From: Botryllus schlosseri
Taxonomy: Eukaryota
NCBI GenBank assembly: GCA_051294905.1
Contig: CM119371.1
Span: 31,250,001 to 31,314,000, forward strand
Direction of reading: 5' to 3'
Length of the DNA stretch: 64,000 nt
The notes under the pieces were generated by a model. The model worked only from the letters and a program-made list of their open reading frames with translations, was not told the origin of the DNA and ran no database searches. Below, in pieces: positions 12,401 through 27,400 of the stretch. Each line of letters opens with the position of its first letter. Positions within the stretch are counted from its first letter, which is position 1. Both the position numbers and the translations under genes were made by a program.

Positions 12401-15400
12401 ATGAATACCACAAACAAACAAAAAAACATGTCAGCTGAATCAGATAGGCGTGGCGAGAATATCGTGCCTAAATCGCGAGGTAGCGAAAACAAATTATTGC
12501 TGGATACTCGGTAAGCAATAGAAATATCGACACTATACGTATATCTATTGGAAATAATACTTGAAGCAGAGCTGACCGGGTCAAATTACTCAAGTGTCTT
12601 TTTCTTCAGCAATTTCACACTGCCATACGACAAGCGACAGTTTTTTATGTTTCCTTACTATTACGAAGCCGCTCAACAACCAGCTGGTCAGCTCTTCTGA
12701 ATTCAGGCTAAGGGATGTGTTTAAGTCAGAATTAAAATTTCAAAAGCATGGAGGGCCTCCAAGTCTTACGGCATCTCGTGAAATATACTGCAATGCTCCT
12801 TCGTCCTTGCAGCTGAAATGGGAACACCCCTCCTCATCTGATCCATTATCGCAATCCTGCACGATAAATATATATATAAGTAATTGAAGGGGCATACTAT
12901 ATATATTAGGGTTGTGTTTAAAATAAAAATCAATTTAAAACAAACATATTCAAAACAAGGCCCTTGTTTAAAACATGTTTTTTTCAAAGTCATGACACAT
13001 TTTCAATTGTGACGTCACAGTGGATTGATATCCACAATTGAAAATATAGGATACATATAGCTCCTTTGACGAAATAGACTTCCAACCCCTGTCATATACG
13101 GACCGAAAATATCTTTAACAGGGACGACATCGTCATGCAGCAATTTGACGGTCGGCGGTCATGATCATCAGAACATTCGTTCCGTACCAATGATATATAT
13201 CAGTGCTTTTCAACCTCCATTCCCACTTTTTTGGAAAATAAATTTCATTCGCACTACAAACTAAAAGAAAATTGTTATACAAAAAAAAGATGAATGATAC
13301 TTAACAACATTTCGTTCAGATGTGCAGCAAATGGGCTACTATGTAGCTTAAGCTATCAAGTGTCTCATGAAAAAGGTACATTTTTCGCTCGTTTTGATTT
13401 AAACTACTTCATTAAAGCCCTTCTCCGCCAATCAAGTTGTTGGATTTTGTACAGGAACGTCTACTAGTGCTCGGATGGCCAGGTCTTAATATCTGTTCTG
13501 CACTCCTATCTGAAATACAGCGTATTTTTCGCAAGTGAATAATGCTTGCTGGCAGAAATCGTTTTTGTGAGCTGACACAAAGGTCCCGGAGGATCCAGTT
13601 TGTCGAAAGGGTGAAAAATTCGCATGCTTATGTTGGAGCTTTTGTCTCATGTTTGGAAAATAAGATCCAAAACGATCAAGGATAGTAGGCACATTAGAGC
13701 TCGCTAGCTTATGATATGTTGCTCCAACTTCTGTTCTGTTTTTTTTTTCGATTTCCCTTTATATGTCTGGCGTGTAAATGAGAAGAGCAAATAATCTCAC
13801 GATACCGTGTGTTCTGCTCTTTAGCTTAATCTATCTTGAGAATTCATAACAGTTCAACAACGGCGTAGCAGCTTTTTAGACGACCACCAAAATCTGAGTT
13901 TTTGTGGCATCCGGCGACCCGAGCCTCACCCATGAAAAGGAATTCATTTTTAATATTACAGTAGTGTACTACAATTTCACGAATATGCATGACTTACAAA
14001 ACGCGCACATCACAGTTATATACCCAACACAGCTCTGCAAAACAGGTCTGACACACGCGATTTCAAATTATGGTGAATTAAATCCTCCCTCTCCGTGTCG
14101 CAGTTGTACTACTTTTACTACTGTCTACTCAGATTGCAAGAACGGGACTATTCCGTGCGGAAAGGTTTTGCCATCCAGCATCAGTGATTTTTGGCCAAGG
14201 TTTTGCGCCGTCTATGTTCATGGGACCGACGCAGAAGTCGTTGGCCTCGAAATGAATGAGTCGCATAGGCCTGAACTCGCTTGTTGCTCACCTCTACACT
14301 AGTTTATCCCAGGGTTGTAATGAATCGATTCATGACTCGACTCGAGTCGCGATTTGTTTGGTGACTCGACTTGACTCGAGTAATTTTATTAAAAATGAAA
14401 AATTAGTCGACTCGACTCGAGTCACTTTGTGCAATGACTCGCCTTGTAGTCGAGTCATTGCGCATGACTCGGACCAAGTCATATGACTCGAGACTGGGTC
14501 TACCAAGAATGGCAATTCATTGTAATTTCGAATAATAGTAAAGTTATCACATGAATATTATTTCGTCTATCAGTAATGATACTTGAAAATGTTACCAGAA
14601 ATAGTTAAAAGTGAGGAAAATTAGTATATTATGAATGCGAGGCATTCGATATCACCGAGCAGAGTTGTGAGAAAAGGGCTTCACATGACATTACATTAGA
14701 ACTGAACTGTCAACACAATGACTTGGACTAGGACTCGAGTCAAAATACTATGACTCGGACTCGACACTCTACTCCGTGACTTGGACTTGGACTTGACTCG
14801 GTGGTGAATTGAAAATACCTCGAGTTGACTCGAGTGAAAACTATAGAAGTAAGATTGACTTGTGACTCGGAACCTTGTGACTTGGTTACAACCCCGGTCC
14901 ATCCTAACTGTCTTCGGCCATGTTTTCCAGAAAAAAACAGTCGGACAAATCTTAACATGAATTCTCATGATAAAGCCATATTATCTGCGTGTCTTGCTTA
15001 TTGGCTACAGTACCCAACACAGTGACCGTGGATATCTAAAAACTATCGCAGGGTTTTTTGCAATAAATTCAACAAATAGTACATACATATTAACTGATAT
15101 CTTTTGTACTGTGTCGACCCAAAATTACCCTTGGCGGTCCATACTTTAATAAACCTTGAAGGGGTAAAAATTCGCGTTACAGTAACTTGCAAATGTGAGT
15201 CTGTAATGGTATTATTTACTACTATCCTCGTACCTCGCGCTAGTTATTACGAAAATATGATGATTGTTTAACGAAAGAAAGCAGAAAGTCAATTTGAAAT
15301 GATTTTTCCAGCCTGTTGCAGGCTCAGACGGGCTGATATACTGTATGTCTGCCACTACACCAATTTCCAAACCAGACTTTTGGCTCCGTAATAATTATAG

Positions 15401-18400
15401 TGCGAAAATATCAATTCATTACGGCTTGTGAGAGCTACGATTCATGGTGCGTCGTAAGTTAAACAAATTTTCACAATTGCATCTCAACTAAAACAGTCAC
15501 ACTGCCCTTGAATTTCCTATTGGGTTTATTTGAATTATTCCACGTCAGAAAAATTAACAATTATTCACGATTTCCATTTCTCATTCGCACCGCCTTTGTC
15601 ATTTGCAGTGCAATTTTATTCATTCTCCCTAGTGCGAACCGTCACACAGGTGGAAAAGCACTGATCTATATCTACGGACTATAGCTGTTGAACCGACTAT
15701 TTCGAGGGTTCCCACCATCCCATATCGTATACGTCGGCTATATCGGGCGGTAATGGCAGTCCGTAGGAGCATACAACATGTTTTTGGAGAGTATTTACAC
15801 AATTATGGCATAATTATACACTCCAACAAAAATACAATTTCGCTTGTTTAAAAAGGCCTTTGTTTAAAACAATGCTTCAAACATGTTTAAAACAAAGTGT
15901 TTCAAACAACTATTTGTTTTAAATGCAAAGGATTATCGTTATATTCCACATCTACGGCATGGCGTGACCGGGTTGCTGTGTGAGAAGATTGCGCAACGGT
16001 AAATCCAATGATCGTATATGTGAACGAACAATGACAACGAACATAAATCAGAATAATATTCTGCTATGACAAAATATTTTTCCATATAGATTCAGTCAAC
16101 ATATTGCACACTGTGCTGCGACCTGTGTCATAACCCGTTAGAGCAGTGGTTCTCAACCTTTTTTTAGACACGCCCCCCATTTTGATAGTGATAAAATTTC
16201 GCTTCCCTTATCGTCATATCACAAAATCCAACTGGGATGCTAGCAACCCCAACAGATTGTTTGGTGGTATGGTCGGTTATGAATGTTGATGAGAGATTAA
16301 AAAAATATGAAATTGGGTCTATATAGATAGAAACACGCGTGGATTGGAGGTAAATCGCGCCTAGCGCGAAAATTTTTTTCAGGTGGCCGCTTCTTCGCGT
16401 CCCCCTTCAGATGTTTCACGCGCCCCCCAGGTTGAGAACCCCTGCGTTAGAGAATGTTTAAGGATCATGGCAACTCAAGATACAAACATACAGCTTGCTT
16501 GTCGCACTTTTTCTCAATCGGAATACTTGGAATAGGTTTGTCGGTGCAATTGAACCTGTAAATAACATTAATAATGTAAGAGCATTGCTTGTTAACTGGT
16601 GTTCATCGCGTTTCAAGAGTTTCATGAGCCAGTTTCAGAGGTTCAGCGGAGGTCAAGAGACAGCTACTTAACTAATACATATGATTTCTGATAATACCCC
16701 CGTCTTTGGTTGCAGGCAATAAGGCCCTATAAGTAGTCGAATTGTGACTGCATAGTGTGGTGGTAGTCGTGTGTAGGGTCGTACGTAGGACGGGTTGGGG
16801 TTCGCAATCTAAAATGACAGATCTATCTCCTATATTTATGAGCTAATTTGTGATTTACGAATTGGTACCACGCTGCAGAGTTTCGAAAGATCAATACTAT
16901 GTCAGTTTCAAAGGTGAAGTCTCGCATTTCTGAATAGTTAACTGAATGGGAACAACCGAAGTTACCCTGATTTATAGTGGATATTCATCATAATGATTTT
17001 ATTTTGTGTCAAAATTACATTGGTTTCGTTCTTCGAACACTCACATGCACAGCTCATGTGTAGATTTTGGCTTTGTGACTTTATGACAACTTTGTTAGAG
17101 TCTATTAGAGTTTGCACATTCGATGTATCATAGAAATATGTATGTCATTCTGTTTGAAATTCCGACAGCTTTTAATAAAAGTCAATATGAAGACCGCGCC
17201 AATTGTTTCACATCTTCTTACGTTCATTTATTACTTTATTAATCTATCGTCCGCTATTAACTCCACAAAAAACACACGTATACATTGTGCAAATCATAAT
17301 GTAAGCGAACACTTTTCCGAACTCATACTCATGGGTAACATTTGAATTCACCTTGAATTGCATCCACGCTCGTCTGCATCGCCGTCGCAACTGGATTTCC
17401 CGTCACACAACATATTCAGTGAAAGATCCAAGCTTGATCCATCCTCGATATCTCGGCAACTTTGAAGCAAATGGTACATAAATGTCAGCCTGTGAGGTTA
17501 TAGCTACCAGGGCTGGTCAGTTAAGAAGTAGGCCTACTTATACTTCTCGAAGTACTGGGTTATGTGTTCCTACTGTTACAACTTAAAAAGGTATTAACGC
17601 TTTTTCCATACTTTAATGTCTACTTCTGAAGTTTTGAAGAGCTTCTTGGAGGTACAGAACTTCAATATACAATTGAATAGTATATTCATATTGAAATGAA
17701 CCCGAATATTTTCGGCTGACACTCGTCAGGGGTAATCGTCAGCAACTAGTAGAGAATTGGAAAGAACATTCTATATCAACAATCGTATCACAAAATATGA
17801 CGTCACCAGCATGAAAGAGAGAGCGCTCAATGTACTATTTTTAGGTGGTACACGAACTCCTTTTGTTGACAGAGTTTTGGTTGGTGTATTTTGAAAAAAG
17901 TCGACTCCAAGGCACACAAATGGAATTGTGAACGGCCCCGCCCAACGATTCGAAATTGGTCGTCTCGATAGTTATTCGCACAAATCGGATTATCTAACAG
18001 ATGTTTGCCGACGGCAGAATAAATGGTCTTTCATCGATCAGCATCAATCTTAAGCGGACGAGTTAAGAGTGAGCTTTTCACTGAGCGGGATGCGCGTGTT
18101 CTGATAAATCTGGGGACATGTTGGTTTATGCGTTCCTGCAGACGTTTTGAGGTTCTTCCCACGTAGCCACGATCACAGTGGCACTTATATTCGTACACTA
18201 CATTACTTTGTTGAAGCGCAGGGAGAACGTCTTTGCGTGTTGAAGGGAGCAGTCGTGTTGTTGTAAAAATCACATTGATTTTGACTGTGTCGTAACACTT
18301 ACTGAGCGCAGAAATCAATTGTTTTTCAAAGCGGGTGGAAATGGGGCCAATCCAAGGTAGATGGATATAAACAACTTTTATTGTTCGTTCGGTGGGCTCT

Positions 18401-21400
18401 GTTTGTGTTTTCTGCGTTGAATTGCGTTAATTTCCTGTCTCTGCCACGGCTGATGACGTGTTCAGGGTAACCGTTATCAAGTAAGATTTTTCGGATGTTG
18501 TCAAGTTCTAAACGCAGCTTGTTACCCGAACATATCATCAACGCTCTATGCACGAGGGTGCCTATGAGCAGGGCTGTGGAGTCGGAGTCTGGGTAATTTT
18601 CGCTTGATGGAGTCGGAGTCGTGAAAACTATAATATAGCTGGAGTCGGAGTTGTGCGGAAAATACTGAATGGATTCGGAGTTGGAGTTTGTGAGAATGAC
18701 CCTGACTGCCACTCCGACTTCTCTATCATGAAAACATTTGCTTTCAAATAATTTTCAATAGTATTTTTATGTGCCACCAATCACTGTTAATAATAACCAT
18801 ACAGATAAGGTGCGGCCAGCCCGTGGTACGCAGGCCAAATTTGGCACACGAGAAGGTTAGGTGTGGCCTGCGAGGTAATTCTCGAAATTATCTATGACAT
18901 CAGGTACAATTGCAAGGCCAACCAAAATTTGATTAGCATAACCGCGAAATTGGATGATGACTAAAACAACAGTTCTGACGCATTGACGTATCCAGGAGCC
19001 AGCCACATTTATCCCAGATATTCGTATATGACCAAACTATAATATTTCATAGCAGATTTATTTGATTTGAAATTTTTCTCGGTACTTCGCATGATTCATT
19101 GTCACTAGATTTCTTGCATTCAGTATTTGAGCTCCCTTCTGAAAATTATAAATACATATTATTCATAGAATTGAGTCTAACTATATTTGAAATTAGGAGA
19201 TAACGTGTCGTCCAATATGCGGCTTCGCTTGTGCACTCGCAGCTACATCGTCGACAAAACATTTGCACAAAATGATAGAGGCATGTTCACTGATACCGTC
19301 GATTTTGATACGTCTAAAAGTCGAATAATCCTGTCCTTGCCAAATAAGCCCATTGGTATACAGATGCGACCTCCAATGTATGTTAGCAACATATTTATTG
19401 GTATAATTCAGTCATTATCTTGCAAAAAAATTTCGCGCTTTGCGCGACCAGGGACTGACTGCGCATTGCACAGTTGCATGACATATTGTTATCAAATTTA
19501 GGGCATATTAATATAAGTCTTGTTTGCAATGTTACCTAATTTGGTTCGCTCCTATCGGACGACTAAAAAAGGATATCAACATCCCAGTTGCCCTCGCAAT
19601 GTTTCGTAAATCTCATGTGTCCCTTCGGCCGAAAAAGTTGCCCACCCCTGATATAGATAAAATTAGACATTACTTGCAAATTACAACTCAGTTGCACAGG
19701 GGAAGAAAATCGCAATATGGGTTTTCGCGATGCAGTCAAAATTGATGCAATTTTTGGAATTATACCATGATACTGTGACAGAGCAAATGCATCGGCTGGT
19801 TTGTAAAATTGTAAAAATGATGTAAATATGACCAAACGATGCTTCCCACTTGACAAAATTAAAAATATTTGTAGTGTAGCTTAGCTGTTTGGGTCGAACA
19901 AATGATTAAGAAAGACTGCAATTCCCAATCCTTGAATACTTGATTAAGTACATGTAGACTAGACATAGGCTATGGTCTTTGACTACCTAACTAAATTCCA
20001 TTTATGACCAATGTCTATTAGTGGTAAGAGTGTGTGTGCTCGTAATCAGGATAGTGTGCAATGACAAAATTAGTTAGTTCAATCTCTTTATTGGTTGCTG
20101 ACTCATACACAAGAGCTACACTTGGATTTTTTATCTACATTTTTATTATACAGGATTGGATATCTGCCATATTTGAAAGATTCATACATTTCAGGATATT
20201 AGAGAGTTCATGTTATAAAAACTTGAAAAAGGAAGGATATTTAGCAAATCTTTCTTTTATGATAATTGCATAGTGGATCATTCGAGCTGTGCCACAATGA
20301 AACAATTTAGCATGCCACCGTTAATCATATGTTTGCATATGTTCAATGGTTGTATGATAGTCATTCAACCGACAATGTGGCATATAATTTTCGAAGTAAA
20401 TTGGTAATAATGCTGGAGTCGGAGTCGGTACGTTTAAAGACTCAGGAGTCGGAGTCGGTATATTGAAAATGTGTGGAGTCGGAGCCGGAGTCGGTGGTAA
20501 AATTTACCGACTCAACAGCCCTGCCTATAAGGTTAATTTTTCTGCGTCGAGGACTAAATGAATGCCAGCGAAGGTATTGGCCTGTGAATGTCGGTTTCCT
20601 GAAGACAGACGTTTCAAATTTGTTGGTATTGCGCTTTTCGACTAAAACGTCCAGAAATGATAATGAGTTATTGCGTTCTTTTTTAATTGTGAATGGCAAG
20701 GCCGGGTGAAGCGAGTTTAAACGAATGTGAAATTGATCACACTCCGACTCATTCCTGAATATGACAAAAGTGTCATCTGCATATCGGCCGCACAACAGTG
20801 GTTTGACGGACTCACGCTGGGAGAGAAGCTCGGCCTCATAATATCCTACGAAAATGTTGGCCAAAATAGGTCCCAGGGGACTACCCATTGCCACGCCGTC
20901 TATTTGGCGAAACATGACCTCGTTAAAGCTAAACTCCACGGAACAGGTTGCCGCTTGTAAAAGTTCAACAAAGACATTTCGCGGGATTGACGGTGGTGGT
21001 AACTTACCACCGTACAGCGCGTTGGCACAAATATCAATAGTCTCATGCAGCGGAACGTTCGTAAAAAGACTAGAGATATCAAATGAGCTCAGAAACAAGT
21101 CTGAATTCGGCAAATCCAGGTTTCGTATTTCACCAGCGAACGTGAACGAATCGCGAACACATTCCGTGCCGTACAATTCCCGAACGGGTTCCAAAATGTC
21201 AATAAGCCATTTTGCCAGCTGATGTTGAGCAGACCCGATCATGGAAAGTATAGGTCTCATTGGGACATTGTCTTTGTGAGTTTTTGGCAGTCCGCATATG
21301 CGTGGTCTTTGCGATCCCGTTGGTCTGATGGCGCTGTATGTTTCTGCCGTTAGGATATCGCCGCATCGTCTCTCAATATCGACAACGCACTTCACGGAGT

Positions 21401-24400
21401 CGCATGTACGCCGACTATTCGTACGTCTTTGTGTGTCGTCGGACAGGGTTTGTGGCCGGCTACGAAACACCGTTGACTAGTCTAGCATCAGCAGATTACA
21501 CGGCCAATCAGCACGCTGAAGCATCCCAGCGTTCTCAGGCGAGACTGGTAGTATGACGTTCTCTCTCGTAATTGCAACGACGGTGTGACTCATTTCTTAA
21601 ATTATGCGCGTGGTTGATATCTTTATTCATTTTTAGTTTTCTCATAGAGGGGTCACCCATTTTAAAAACAAGAAATCACTTGACATGAAAACTTCCGAGT
21701 TCAATAAATCCGTCCTGTAAGGATTCTATTTGTATCGCTTTGCGAAATAAATTTGTGCTCTAAACAGAGTATAATTCCACAATTCATCTAGTACCTCATA
21801 CTTCAGTTCTCGGGCCCCTGGTAAAAACACGATGCTCTAGTCCAGGGGTCGGAAACCTTTTTCGTCGAAATAGCCATATTAGAGCCTTATAGTTTCAATT
21901 GTAATTCCCAAAGAGCCGAACGGCGATTTCGAATAGACCAATGGTTCTCAAACTGGGGACGTGAAAACATCTGAATGGGGGCGCGAAGATGCAGTCAACT
22001 GAAAAAATAATTCGCGCTCCGAGCGATTTACGTTAAATTCCTGGTCATTGCTTTGTATAAAATTTCAAGCATTCTCCCATCAACTGTCATAACTAGGGCG
22101 ATTTTTTTTACCTAAAAACGAAAGATTTTGACCTAAAAATCAAAATTTTGACTTTTTTGACCTAACTAAACTTAATTTTGACCTCACATGTGCAAATTAG
22201 GTGTTTTCGCACATAATATTAAAATTATACTGGTTATCTTCATATCTTGTCGGAACTGTCTGTCCTTACGAAGTAGTTTGACACTTGATTCACTTTGGTT
22301 CCTCTAAATCCGAGCAGCGCACGCGATGTTAGCCAAACTAGTCATAACTAGAGCCCGACCGATTATCGGCGAGCCGATAATATCGAGTCGATATCACGCT
22401 TGGAGAGAAATATCGGTATCGGCCATTGAAGGTAAAAAAATATCGGCCATTTTCGTGACGTCACAACATGGTGGCAGGGAGTCAGAGAAGTCGATAGAAG
22501 ACGTGAGGACGGTAAATTATAAAAATAAATGGCCCAATGGCTGCATATAATGCATACTGCATACATACAGTAGGCGTGCCTATCTGAAAACTATTTTAGA
22601 TAACTAACCACCGTTATGCCCCACTGACTTCGTGGAAAATCCCCTACAGTAATCGATCACCATGAAGACAGAGAGCAGCTGGATGGATAGTTGTCTGCAG
22701 AAGATTTCAATCAGTAAGAGAAATGAGAACTTAAATCATGCTGGACTCTCGTGATGATAAGAGAAAAGCGTCGCGTCGAAACGTTTCTCTGAAGATAGTG
22801 CTATTGGTTCCGTACCAAGACCAACAGAACTATTTATACCAGTAATGTATGAAGTCGTCTGACTGAGGCCTGCAGGGCCAACATGATAGGAAATATGCGA
22901 GCATAGAGGGAAAGAAAATCAAGCAAACGTGGAGTAAAGCCAATAATTGATACGAAAATATTTGATTCCATGATGACATTGGCCGATTATTATTGATCAA
23001 TTGATTGTTGAAATGCTGGTCATGGTCAAGACCTAAGGGCAAGGGGATGGGTGGAACAGTTGCAGACGTGGACAATTTGAGTTGATTTGCTCATCCTCTT
23101 CAGCTATTTGTTAATGATGTGCTGAAGGATCCAGGTGCACTGCCAGAAGCATATCAATATTTAGTGAAACCTTGAAGGAAAGGGAGCAGGGAGCGGTGGA
23201 ACCGAAATGAAGAAAGATTTCCAATTCTTGCCGTGCCACTAACTATGGTACCAAGTGAAAGACTGCTCACTGTGTTTAGTACTATATACATCATTTATGG
23301 AAGACCACAGAAGTTCACTCTTTGGATAAAGGGCGGAGAAATTGTGCTTCGTGAACTGTAATCTGCAACTGCCGGATTGGTGCTTTCTTGATATATTTTT
23401 ATAGCCCCTAAATCATTTATTTCATATTCAAGCATATCAATGGCTGTAAAGTTGTTGAAATAAATGCTCTGAGGTGTTAAATATGGGCCTTGAGCTAGAT
23501 TCCACATCTTTTGAATATCGGCTGAATATATCGGGGTTATCGGTGGAGGTACTGGATATCGGTCTTATCGGTATCGGCCCAGAAATCCAATATCGGTCGG
23601 GCTCTAGTCATAACTAAATCATTCTACTTGAAGTCACGCACGGTTCAATCAGTTTCTCTAAAATGGTTTAATTATTAACTTAAGGGACGATCTTAGAATA
23701 TTATCAACTGGAATCATTTGGTTATCTTTTGTACTCTTTCTTCAGATTTCTCTGCGGTAACATAACGTTGTGCTAGCTACAGGCCTACATTTTAAAAGCA
23801 GCGCCAGCAAGCTCCTTACACTAGTGAATATGGATGGCTGTTTGTAATTTGAATGTGTAATTGGAGCCCACTTCAAAGCGAGTTCATTTCACGCCGATGA
23901 TCAAAAAGACAATGTGGATTTGAAAGTTGCATTGTCCTCACGATGCTTTTTTTTCTTTGATTATTCGACGAACTGTGCAGTAAAAGATTTCAAATAGGCC
24001 TACGGAGAGTTGTGATATTGGTTGCCTACGTGCCACCGTGTATTTTTATTCATACATATGGCGTATCGAGCTCAAGGGTTTGATTTGTCCGATGCAGACC
24101 CCTAAATAACTTGAAGGTGCCATATTTGCCATATTGTTAAGAAAAAACTATTATAATGGACTGGTAAATGAGCAATATTCAGCAGAAAATATTTGACATC
24201 GATTTTAGGATTTTGAAAAGAGGTTCGAGCGACTAAATAAACTCGACACGACACTGTATTATGCTAACAAATACTTGGCTTAGCCTCCACAATAGCAACG
24301 ATTCCGCCTGTTATAGATATTTACAAAAAAAAAAATGCAAATTAAAGACCAATTAAAAATTTATCGGAGATCCATATCACCAAAAGAGCCACATGTGGGT

Positions 24401-27400
24401 TGCGAGTTATATGCTCCCGACCCCTGCTCTAGTTGTAAGTTGAATCGTCGTATGAGTTTACATAATGACGTAATTGCTATTATTGTCGATTACCACACGG
24501 CCTGAATAAAAGCTGTAAGCCTCGTATTTCATGAAAGGGAATACGGTAACTCACATCGGGTTGTCATAGTAGTCGAAGACTAGCCATCTGTCATCAAAAT
24601 AGTATTCATGGATAAATTGGCAGAATTCTGCTCTAGTGTCACAACGGCATTCTTCGTCCATGAAATCTTCGCATTCAGGTATCCCATCACACATCGTTGC
24701 ATCTGAATAGCCCACCAACATCTGCTCACATTGGCCGTCAAGGTATAGATGTGGTTTGTAATTAGATCGAATGCGAGACTTACATCTGCCGATCGGATCG
24801 CCACATTTGTAGTCCAGTTTTTTGTTGCCTTGGGGAGGACCGTCACTTGACTCTGAAGTAAACAACAAATATATAAGCAAGCCTCATTCATCGTAAATTA
24901 TGGTCAGCAAACGGTAGGTATTGCCAGCTTATTGACGCTTGGCTTTCAATTTTTAAGCAAACAGTCCTAATATAGTGTTATCATGTATTTTCCTTTTCGC
25001 AATTCCAATATATGATAATATAAAACATTGTGGGCTTTGTAATTAATATAAGAATTTGATATTGTTGTAGGTGTTGCTTTAGTACTCCTAGTGTTTAGGA
25101 TTCATTTGTCACTTTATATCAGGCCGATACTCTTTATTACAATCTTTATTATGATTCCTGATCGGCCCACTTTCGTGCTAAGCTTTTTGTAAGACACCAC
25201 TCGCGCGCTTCTGCTATAGCGAGAAATACCCGGAATAAACACTCGAAACATGGTCGGACTCGAACTAGGACCCAATTGGTGTTGCAGCTGCTGAACGTAT
25301 ACCTCTACGTCCTCTCGCCACTCGAAATCAATGCCAGAACTTACGGTATGCACTTCCAGCTAATAAAATGATACTTGATCACTTCAATTTTGTTTGAATT
25401 TATATATTCAAATTTCTATTATTTAAGTCGCGTCACGTCGGCCTCAAGGCCAGCGGATTTTGATTAGGGATCGGTTGAACTCCAGGGATTCGCTGTGTGA
25501 GTCTCTGTTATGGATCGCTGTTGCATAAAATGCACTGTGCATAAACAGAAAATTAAAACTACAAAACAGTAACATTTGATTTGTACACCAAAACGACGTT
25601 ATAAGGAATATATATTTCAAATCAGTGTGATCTCTCCTGCTCCCTTTCAGAGACCAGGGCGGTCACTACATGCTCATTCATGATCGTGTTCGTAATCGCA
25701 TTCCTGTTCGGGACTTTGCTCAACCGAACAGAATATTTATCTTTGGGATACCTATTACATGTTTTGTTCGTACTCGTGACTTCTGTTCGTGATGAGTTGG
25801 AAGTGGGAAACTTGACACTTCGTTTCGTATCCTAAATCAATGAACTGAGCAGTATTGCTTGACTATCCATCTAAATTTCTTGGCGGCAAATTCTGGGAAA
25901 TGATATTGAGATGCATGCAGAAGTCCAGACAATGAGCTCAGAATTTGCGGAATGATGATTTATTTATGACTTGATTAATTATGAGCTTGAAATGAAGACT
26001 TATTGAGACATGAATTTTCCTTATAGCAGCCTGATTACGACATGGCAATTACCCTGCGCTATCGGCAATGTCATATTTGTTTTCATCGTCACGGCTATCT
26101 AGCAGCTATTGAAACCGTAACGGCGCTTTCTAATCGCAAATACTTGTCCTCGAGCCAATTTAAAGATTTATAAAGTTCTTTAATACAGCGTTTTGCGCCA
26201 ACGAATCCATGTTATTTGTTGGCATATAAATGTAATTTGGAGCTATTCGAAAGCATTGAATCGCAAAATGCGCTCAATACTTTACTCACAGTTGGCTTTG
26301 ATACTTTCAAGAAATCGTTGCTGCAATTCTGAAGGCTTCCTTTGACCAAGCTTTTTAAGAGATGCGAAAATTTTTGTTCTGCAAGGTTAGGTCTGCAGAA
26401 CAATGACCTAATGCCTCCATGCTATTCTTTATTGCTGGTAATGAATGTGTTGAGGCTTTTGCCTTCCGTCCTTGGAACATAAGGTGCAAAACGATCAAGG
26501 CACATTCGATCTCAATACCTTATGATACGTTGCTCCAACTTCTGTCTCGCGAGTTTATGAGAAGAGCAAATAACTCACGACATACTGTGTGTTTTACTCA
26601 TTAGCTCAATCTAACTTGAGAATTCATAACAGTTTAATACCGGTAAAGTTGCTTTTAGACTGCCACCAAAATTTGAGTTTTTGTGGCATCTCGCGACCTG
26701 TGCCTCACCCATGAAAAGGAATTCATTTTTATTATTACAGTTTTATGCTACGATTTCCGGGCATGTGTGACATACAGAACGCGTACGCCACAATTCTACC
26801 CACGACAGCTCTACAATACATGTATGACGCACGCGATTTCAAATTAAGGCGAATTAAATTCCTCTGCGTATCGCAGTTGCACTACTGTCTGCTAAGATTG
26901 CAAGAACGGGACTATTCCGTGCCGACAACGGAACATATCCAATCCATTTCGAAAGGTTTGGCCATCCAGCATCGGTCATTTTTAGACTGAGGTTTTGTTG
27001 CAGCTTATGTTTTTGGCACCACCTTTTACCAGCGGTTTGTTCGCCAAAACTTTACGCCTTTATGTGCCCCGACGCAGAAGGGGTTAGCCTCGAAATGAAT
27101 GAATCTCATAGGCCTGAGCTCGCTCGTTGCTCACCCCTACATTAGTTTATCCAAACGGTCTTCGACCGTGTTTTCCAGAAAAAAACAGTCGGACAAATCT
27201 TATCACGAATTATCATGATAAAGCTATATTTTCTGCGTGGCTCGCTTATTGGCTACAGTATCCAACACAGTGACCTTGGATATGTAAAAACTATCGCAGG
27301 ATTTTTGCAATAAATTCAATAAATATTGCATACATATTAACATAGGCTTACCATATTTTGGAAATCTAAAAAGAGGACACTTTTTCAGAAATTTGCAACC

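Larger units (their letters stand above)
17680..21400 (-). mobile_element. 5'-truncated Penelope-like retroelement (RT plus GIY-YIG endonuclease, 3' pLTR), interrupted by a hAT MITE
   Basis: RT motifs GLPKTHK..PMRPILS, SFDISSLFTNVP, QIDGVAMGSPLGP, RYADDTF, FLDV, VFRKPTFTG. GIY-YIG NVVYEYKCHCDRGYVGRTSKRLQERINQH. Removing 18569..20523 and one TSD restores KINLIG|TLVHRALMICS. Confidence 0.92.

Noticed and set aside
14330..14896. CRISPR-like array of GACTCGAGTC palindromes (also near 37200, 48650, 52000 and 59050)
   Set aside because: Irregular spacing, no unique spacers, no cas genes, eukaryotic context; these are hAT subterminal repeats bounded by TIR and TSD
20442..21470. Stand-alone 342-aa reverse transcriptase gene (retron or DGR-like)
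   Set aside because: It is a 5'-truncated Penelope RT with YADD, whose GIY-YIG half is displaced by a hAT insertion; the ORF's C-terminal residues come from that insertion
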